Assembly: GCF_006345805.1 (NCBI RefSeq)
Contig: NC_043009.1
Coordinates: forward strand, 29,574,001 to 29,638,000
Source of the DNA: Octopus sinensis
Taxonomy: Eukaryota
DNA: 64,000 bases
Direction of reading: 5' to 3'
The position numbers and the translations under genes were made by a program. Of the stretch, positions 62,626 to 64,000 are shown piece after piece. The notes beneath the pieces were generated by a model. That model made no database searches. It had not been told where the DNA came from and saw nothing but the letters and a program-made list of their open reading frames with translations. Within the stretch, counting starts at the first letter, position 1; each line of letters opens with the position of its first letter.

Positions 62626-64000
62626 AACATCATTTACACGTTATCTGCCGTTCGATCTGGTGTTGTCCGCATTAATATGGGAGAGAGACAACAGAGTCGA
62701 TGATATGAATTTGACGTTAGTTTACAGTTGAACTTGAAGAGTTTTCAAAGACTTTGCCATTCCTGATTTTTATTTATTTATTTTTTTTGGAGGACCTCAA
62801 ATTTATGACTGTAAAAGAACTTATATATTACCCCACTCCTTGTTCGGCGTAACAGCTAAATATCTGTCAGTGATATACCCTCTCCTCTTTGACACAGTCT
62901 CTGTGCTTTATCTAAAACTTTCAACAACAGAATAACCCATAATATAGACTCTAATATCTGTGGTTTCAAATAAAAAAAGAACAAAAAAAGAGAAAAAGCT
63001 GATTAGACATTCTGCCTTATCCTATGTCACTATGCTAAAGGTCTATTCAGCTTCAGCAACAACTACATCAATAATAAAAACAAGAACAACGACATCAAAG
63101 ACAATATTGATGATAATCTTTTCTCCAAATGTCTGTTTATGTATGGCAGTAAATTGCTGTGGTTTCCCGAATAACTTGAGTGTAGTATCAATTATGATTA
63201 ACTTAAATAGGTTACAGGCTTAACATATTTCAGTAAGATTTGGAAATCGATAATTGGAAAACTCACTCCGTATATAATGTACGAGATATTTGTTGCCAAG
63301 TCATATAATCTGCAATATATGCATTATGTTTCTTTTGTCCGGTTTTACGCTACATACGATAACTGATAGCTTATCTATCGGATAATCACCGACCATCACA
63401 TCGGACATTGTGTAATTGTCTTTCATGTTGAAACGCGTTTCTTACAAATGTCTAACAAGACCAGACTTTACCAAGCTTCCATCCAAACACACTTTCAGAG
63501 ATGCTTTTGGTTACATTTCAACTTTTCTGTGATAATAAAAAACGTCGTTTTCAGCTAAACCTAAGCAAATTGAATATTATAAGCTTCAACTTTAGTCTTG
63601 CCAAAATTTAGGTTATTAATAGAAATAACAGATATCTGTTATAGTCTGCTTTACAATGTGAATGTATTTATTCAGAGCAATGGTTCTAAAGTGATCTACA
63701 GAACAAATGTGTACCTCAAACAATAGCTGTTCAAAATATAATTTAAGGATGTAGAAAAAAATCAATATTAAATCTTGAAAATCTTGGAAGACATGCCTGT
63801 GCAGTTAAAATGGTTTTGATTTAAATACTACTGTAACTAAATTTGGTAGATATAAACAGACAGATATCCACGAAGAAAACAATTAAAAGTATGCAAACGG
63901 GGAAAACACCTTACTAAACACAAAAATAGTATCGCCCTTGAGTTGGTCAACGTGTGGCAAGGCTTGCATTTCTCAGGCTGGTTTCACTTCACGTCTCAGA

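Overview
AT-rich, microsatellite-dense eukaryotic non-coding DNA. The abundant tRNA-derived SINE families resemble those I recall from Octopus genomes (inference, no database search). Almost all ORFs in the supplied track are translations of microsatellites or fragments of decayed transposases and LINEs. I cannot confidently support any host protein-coding gene; a few candidate exons are listed at low confidence. The window holds several SINE families, at least five Tc1/mariner relics (one near full-length with TIRs and a TA duplication), MITEs, Helentron-associated (HINE/DINE-1-like) elements, a CR1 tail and an R4/Dong-like LINE relic. The most notable signal is a set of six type I hammerhead ribozyme (HHR) motifs at five loci. 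Four of them (three loci) sit in short ~400-500 bp non-coding units present in tandem or inverted, circularly permuted form, as expected for Penelope-like pseudo-LTRs or non-LTR retrozymes. One motif (19220-19292) is fully canonical. Two related units show compensatory changes in helix III.
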